From the NCBI GenBank assembly GCA_963758635.1, contig CAVWWD010000006.1, forward strand, positions 320,001 through 384,000: DNA of 64,000 nucleotides, read 5' to 3'. The DNA comes from an uncultured Candidatus Rokubacteria bacterium. GTDB lineage: Bacteria; Methylomirabilota; Methylomirabilia; Rokubacteriales; CSP1-6. Below, piece after piece: positions 62,750-64,000 of the stretch. A program made the position numbers and the translations under genes. The notes beneath the pieces are model-generated. The model was not told the DNA's origin. It saw only the letters and a program-made list of their open reading frames with translations, and ran no database searches. Each line of letters opens with the position of its first letter. Positions within the stretch are counted from its first letter, which is position 1.

Positions 62750-62818
62750 AGCGCGGGTACCCTCACCGCCCCGTTGAGCGGCTTGTGCTCCTGTATATCG
62801 TAGACGTATACTCGTGGC

Positions 62819-63133
62819 GTGGCGCTCATCCCCGAGTTCTTCCCTGACGTTGAGGGGTTTCAGTGGGATGAAGGTAACTCCTCGAAGAATTGGGCGCGAC
62901 ACGGGATTAGCCAGACAGAGGCCGAGCAGATCTTCGTCAACCGGCCCCTGGTAGTCATTGGCGATGTGGCGCACTCCGGTACCGAGACGCGGTATTTCTC
63001 TTTCGGACGGACTGACGGAGGGCGTCTACTGACCGTTGTCTTTACTGTGCGCGGTCAACTGCTCCGGGTGATCTCCGCGCGCCCGATGAGCCGCAGGGAA
63101 AGAAGAGGATATGCCCAAGCGACGCGACCGTAG
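62819..63133 (+). CDS. brnT: Cassette 4 gene A: BrnT family toxin
   Basis: FQWDEGN..KN..HGI..EAE.IF..HS.E.R..G..VVFT.R..RVISARPM..ER. Confidence 0.9.
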   Translation: MALIPEFFPDVEGFQWDEGNSSKNWARHGISQTEAEQIFVNRPLVVIGDVAHSGTETRYFSFGRTDGGRLLTVVFTVRGQLLRVISARPMSRRERRGYAQATRP

Positions 63134-63449
63134 CACGATCCCGGCATTTCGCTCCGAGGCCGAGGAACGTAGGTTCTGGGAGACTCACGACACCAGCCCG
63201 TTCGTCGATTGGACCAAGGCTCGCGTCGCCGTCTTTCCCAACTTGAAGCCATCCACGGAGACAATCTCCTTGCGGTTACCTGCCGCGCTCCTGGCGGAAC
63301 TGAAAGCGCTGGCCAATAGGCGCGACGTGCCATATCAGTCACTGCTGAAGGTATTTCTCGCGGAACGGATTGCCCGTGAGACGGCAGCGGTCAGCGCGCC
63401 GCCGAACAAGCGCATGCAGCCGACGGCGCGCCCTGCGCGCCGCAGCTAA
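63111..63449 (+). CDS. brnA: Cassette 4 gene B: BrnA/CopG-like antitoxin (ORF reads into attC4)
   Basis: IP.F.SEAEER.FWETHD..NLKPST.TISLRLP..DVPYQSL.K. Confidence 0.85.
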   Translation: MPKRRDRSTIPAFRSEAEERRFWETHDTSPFVDWTKARVAVFPNLKPSTETISLRLPAALLAELKALANRRDVPYQSLLKVFLAERIARETAAVSAPPNKRMQPTARPARRS

Positions 63450-63464
63450 TACGCCGCGTTCGGC
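63401..63464 (+). other. attC4
   Basis: GCCGAAC..GCATGCAGC..GCAGCTAAT..GTTCGGC; right arm somewhat degenerate. Confidence 0.8.
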
Positions 63465-63598
63465 AAGACCCGGAAGGGGAACCGCTGGTTGCGGATGGCG
63501 CTGTCGCGGCGGCTTTTCCTGACGCCGCAACGGTCAACCGAGCACTGCGTGCCCTGCTGAACGCCGTACCATCTCAGCGGGCGCGGCGGCGTAGCGCT

Positions 63599-63643
63599 GA
63601 CTAACAACAGGCTGGAGCGGCCCGGCTCGACGCCGGCCGCTCA
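63599..63643 (+). other. Truncated attC5 (no R')
   Basis: GACTAAC AACAGGCTGGAGCGG..CCGCTCA, then ISL3-like sequence. Confidence 0.6.
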
Positions 63644-63792
63644 ACACGATCCGCGTGCTCAGCGTCGCGCCCACGGGCTCCGCGACGAGGAGTACCTCCG
63701 GCTCAAGATTCTCCCCTGCATGCTGCCCGAGATCTGACCGTGCCATTGTCGCCACACGTCCCCGATTCACCCGCACGACTTCACGAAGAGCC
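63640..63792 (+). mobile_element. ISL3-family remnant: transposase C-terminus and right inverted repeat
   Basis: LNTIRVL/QRRAHGLRDEEYLRLKIL.CMLPEI*; ends CGAAGAGCC, the complement of the GGCTCT end typical of ISL3. Confidence 0.75.
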
Positions 63793-63898
63793 CGTTCGGG
63801 AATGATCCGCGCCAGCGCGCACGGCGCGGGGGGACGGTCGTGACCGGGATGGCCCCGCCTCGTGGCATCATGGCGAGCTGGAGCGGGTCACCGAAGAC

Positions 63899-64000
63899 AT
63901 GCCGAGAGTCCGGGCGAGCGGGACCGACGTGAGCTACGAAGCCGCAGGCGGCGGGGCGCCCGTCGTGTGCCTCGTGCATGGCACCGGCGGCCGCGGCGGC
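63899..64000 (+). CDS. Alpha/beta hydrolase, N-terminal part (runs off the window)
   Basis: MPRVRASGTDVSYEAAGGG.PVVCLVHGTGG. Confidence 0.65.
   Translation, partial: MPRVRASGTDVSYEAAGGGAPVVCLVHGTGGRGG

Overview
A very GC-rich bacterial chromosomal window. Its gene content (family-5 ABC binding protein, many amidohydrolases, LLM oxidoreductases, CoA-transferase, TauD, two hydantoinase/oxoprolinase pairs, cyclase-AAA-TPR protein) suggests Candidatus Rokubacteria/Methylomirabilota; this is an inference. Many genes are split by single-base indels, probably long-read consensus errors. Most of the window is catabolic or housekeeping (ilvD, dapL, TRAP transporter, GGT, NtrC-type regulator). The main feature is an integron at about 59.6-63.8 kb. 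Its intI is transcribed toward the array and has an internal deletion, and it is followed by a candidate attI and four complete attC-bounded cassettes. Each cassette carries a different toxin-antitoxin-type pair (DUF4258/DUF2283, DUF433/DUF5615, DUF4160/DUF2442, BrnT/BrnA), three with apparent leaderless promoters. The array ends in a broken attC fused to an ISL3 remnant. About 57 kb away is a stray vapBC cassette whose attC is nearly identical to attC3 and is fused at its AAC to a 24-bp exact copy of the intI 3' region. Also notable are two families of short interspersed MITE-like repeats (4 and 3 copies), a CarF/PEDS1-type plasmalogen desaturase homolog, the MSMEG_4193-DUF3090-SCO1664 trio without mshC, and a PilZ / REC-Hpt / MBL-REC signalling cluster. 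All family assignments come from motif recognition by eye, not database searches.
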